64,000 nucleotides of DNA from an archaeon (lineage in GTDB: Archaea; Nanobdellota; Nanobdellia; Pacearchaeales; UBA284). The position numbers and the translations under genes were made by a program. The notes under the pieces are model-generated. The model was not told the DNA's origin, ran no database searches, and worked only from the letters and a program-made list of their open reading frames with translations. The stretch lies in NCBI GenBank assembly GCA_020343435.1, contig CP070794.1, positions 126,413 through 190,412 on the forward strand, read 5' to 3'. How positions within the stretch are numbered: position 1 is the stretch's first letter; each line of letters opens with the position of its first letter. Shown here piece after piece: positions 63,065-64,000 of this stretch.

Positions 63065-63808
63065 ATGACTAAAATGGCTGAGGAGAAAGGACTTGAAGGA
63101 ATAGTCAATGCAGCAGTTGTATTCAAAGGACATAAAAGAAGAGAGAGTATAGAAGAAGCTGCAGAACTATACAAAGAAGGAACAGTTAATAGAATTGTTA
63201 TAGTAGGACCAGGATATGAAACTCTTGGAGATGGATTAAAATTAAGAAAAGAATATCAAGATATATTTAAGAAATATGATCTTGATCCTGAAAGTGTAGA
63301 TTATTATATTGTCAGAGACAGAAATGATCTCAAAGATAAAGCTCCTGATGCTGATGTTGAAGGATCAAGTAAAGGATTAAGAAAAATAGAAGATCAAGCT
63401 TATGCAGCAAGAGTTCTTGCAAGACAGGAAAAATGGGGTAAAACTTTTGTTGTGGCCCCAGATACTTATATTTATACCAAAGAGGGAGGAGATGAAGAAA
63501 GAGTTCCTGACGGAAGAGTTCCATTAGTATTTGATAGATTCTTTTCAGACTACAAAGGAGATGTAAACTATAATCATATTACAGAAAAAAGTAAGGGATT
63601 CCTTAGTAGGAGAGGTTGGTTTGAACCAATTAGAAGATGGTGTTATGAAGGAATGTTAAGTAATGTTGCAAAAAGAGAAGAATTAGAAAAAGATAAGGAT
63701 TATGAAGACAAACCTTACAAACAAGACAAACAAATATGGAAAGGATTTAAGAGAAAAAGAAATTGGTTCTGGAGATTTTTAAAGTGGTGTTTTGGTTGGG
63801 GAGGATAA
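63065..63808 (+). CDS. Hypothetical protein, possibly DUF218/YdcF-like N-domain, with a Trp-rich basic C-terminus; compositionally atypical
   Basis: ..GHKRRESIEEAAELYKEGTVNRIVIVGPGYE.. loosely resembles DUF218. C-terminus ..KRNWFWRFLKWCFGWGG. GC-richer than the surrounding DNA. Confidence 0.3.
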   Translation: MTKMAEEKGLEGIVNAAVVFKGHKRRESIEEAAELYKEGTVNRIVIVGPGYETLGDGLKLRKEYQDIFKKYDLDPESVDYYIVRDRNDLKDKAPDADVEGSSKGLRKIEDQAYAARVLARQEKWGKTFVVAPDTYIYTKEGGDEERVPDGRVPLVFDRFFSDYKGDVNYNHITEKSKGFLSRRGWFEPIRRWCYEGMLSNVAKREELEKDKDYEDKPYKQDKQIWKGFKRKRNWFWRFLKWCFGWGG

Positions 63809-63870
63809 GAACTTCTTCATAAGATTTATATATCAAATTTTCTTAATTTCTAGAAGAAAAGAGGAGAAAA

Positions 63871-64000
63871 ATGCTTAGTACCAACTCTAAAAAAGCACAG
63901 ATGACACTTTTTATAATAATAGCTATAATAATTGTTGCTGTTGTTTTACTAGTTTTTGTTGTAGGAAAGGTTTCTTTTACACAAGTTCAAGAAGCAAGTG
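63871..64000 (+). CDS. Pilin-like protein, N-terminal fragment (class III signal peptide KKA|QMTLFIIIAIIIVAVVLLVFVV); continues beyond the window
   Basis: MLSTNSKKAQMTLFIIIAIIIVAVVLLVFVVGKVSFTQVQEAS. It is near-identical in layout to the 39604..40431 N-terminus (KRGQTTLFIIIAVIIVAVAL). Confidence 0.4.
   Translation, partial: MLSTNSKKAQMTLFIIIAIIIVAVVLLVFVVGKVSFTQVQEAS

Overview
The window is AT-rich (roughly 30% GC by eye), gene-dense and archaeal. Supporting evidence: r-proteins L31e, L39e, S19e, S27e, S10 and S13e/uS15; aIF2-alpha; aEF-1beta; PCNA; Hjc; Mre11/Rad50; class III signal peptides; archaeal box-type tRNAs. The small genes, a single-chain PriS-PriL primase and a very large cysteine-rich secretome suggest a DPANN-type archaeon (Nano-, Pace- or Woesearchaeota-like). 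This is an inference only. Housekeeping content includes CysRS, a LysRS-B3/4 fusion, RNase J, a geranylgeranyl reductase, Mre11-Rad50, PCNA, the fused primase, Hjc, archease, two DHH/RecJ-like proteins, LemA, HtpX, an M29 aminopeptidase, a radical SAM enzyme and five tRNAs (Phe, Trp, Gln, Thr, Val). The accessory content is dominated by cell-surface and pilus biology. (i) A divergent locus at 11.4-23.7 kb carries five class-III-signal-peptide (pilin-like) genes on the minus strand, one of them a 1239-aa vWA + FG-GAP integrin-like adhesin. On the plus strand it carries a cyclophilin-TM-ER/K-wH fusion, a FlaI/PilB-type ATPase, two TadB/C-like membrane proteins and a KaiC/FlaH-like ATPase. (ii) A DUF87 (HerA/FtsK-like) ATPase is co-operonic with two pilin-like proteins. 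(iii) A pilin-like gene is followed by two giant Cys-rich secreted proteins. (iv) Two tandem paralogous secreted proteins have prenyltransferase/squalene-cyclase-like repeats. (v) A lone A24 prepilin peptidase is present. Other notable points are a frameshifted methyltransferase at a homopolymer, an HtpX whose first TM helix has no canonical start codon, a GC-richer 400-bp non-coding block that is probably a structured RNA, and two compositionally atypical Trp-rich genes. No CRISPR array, rRNA, transposase or integrase was seen.
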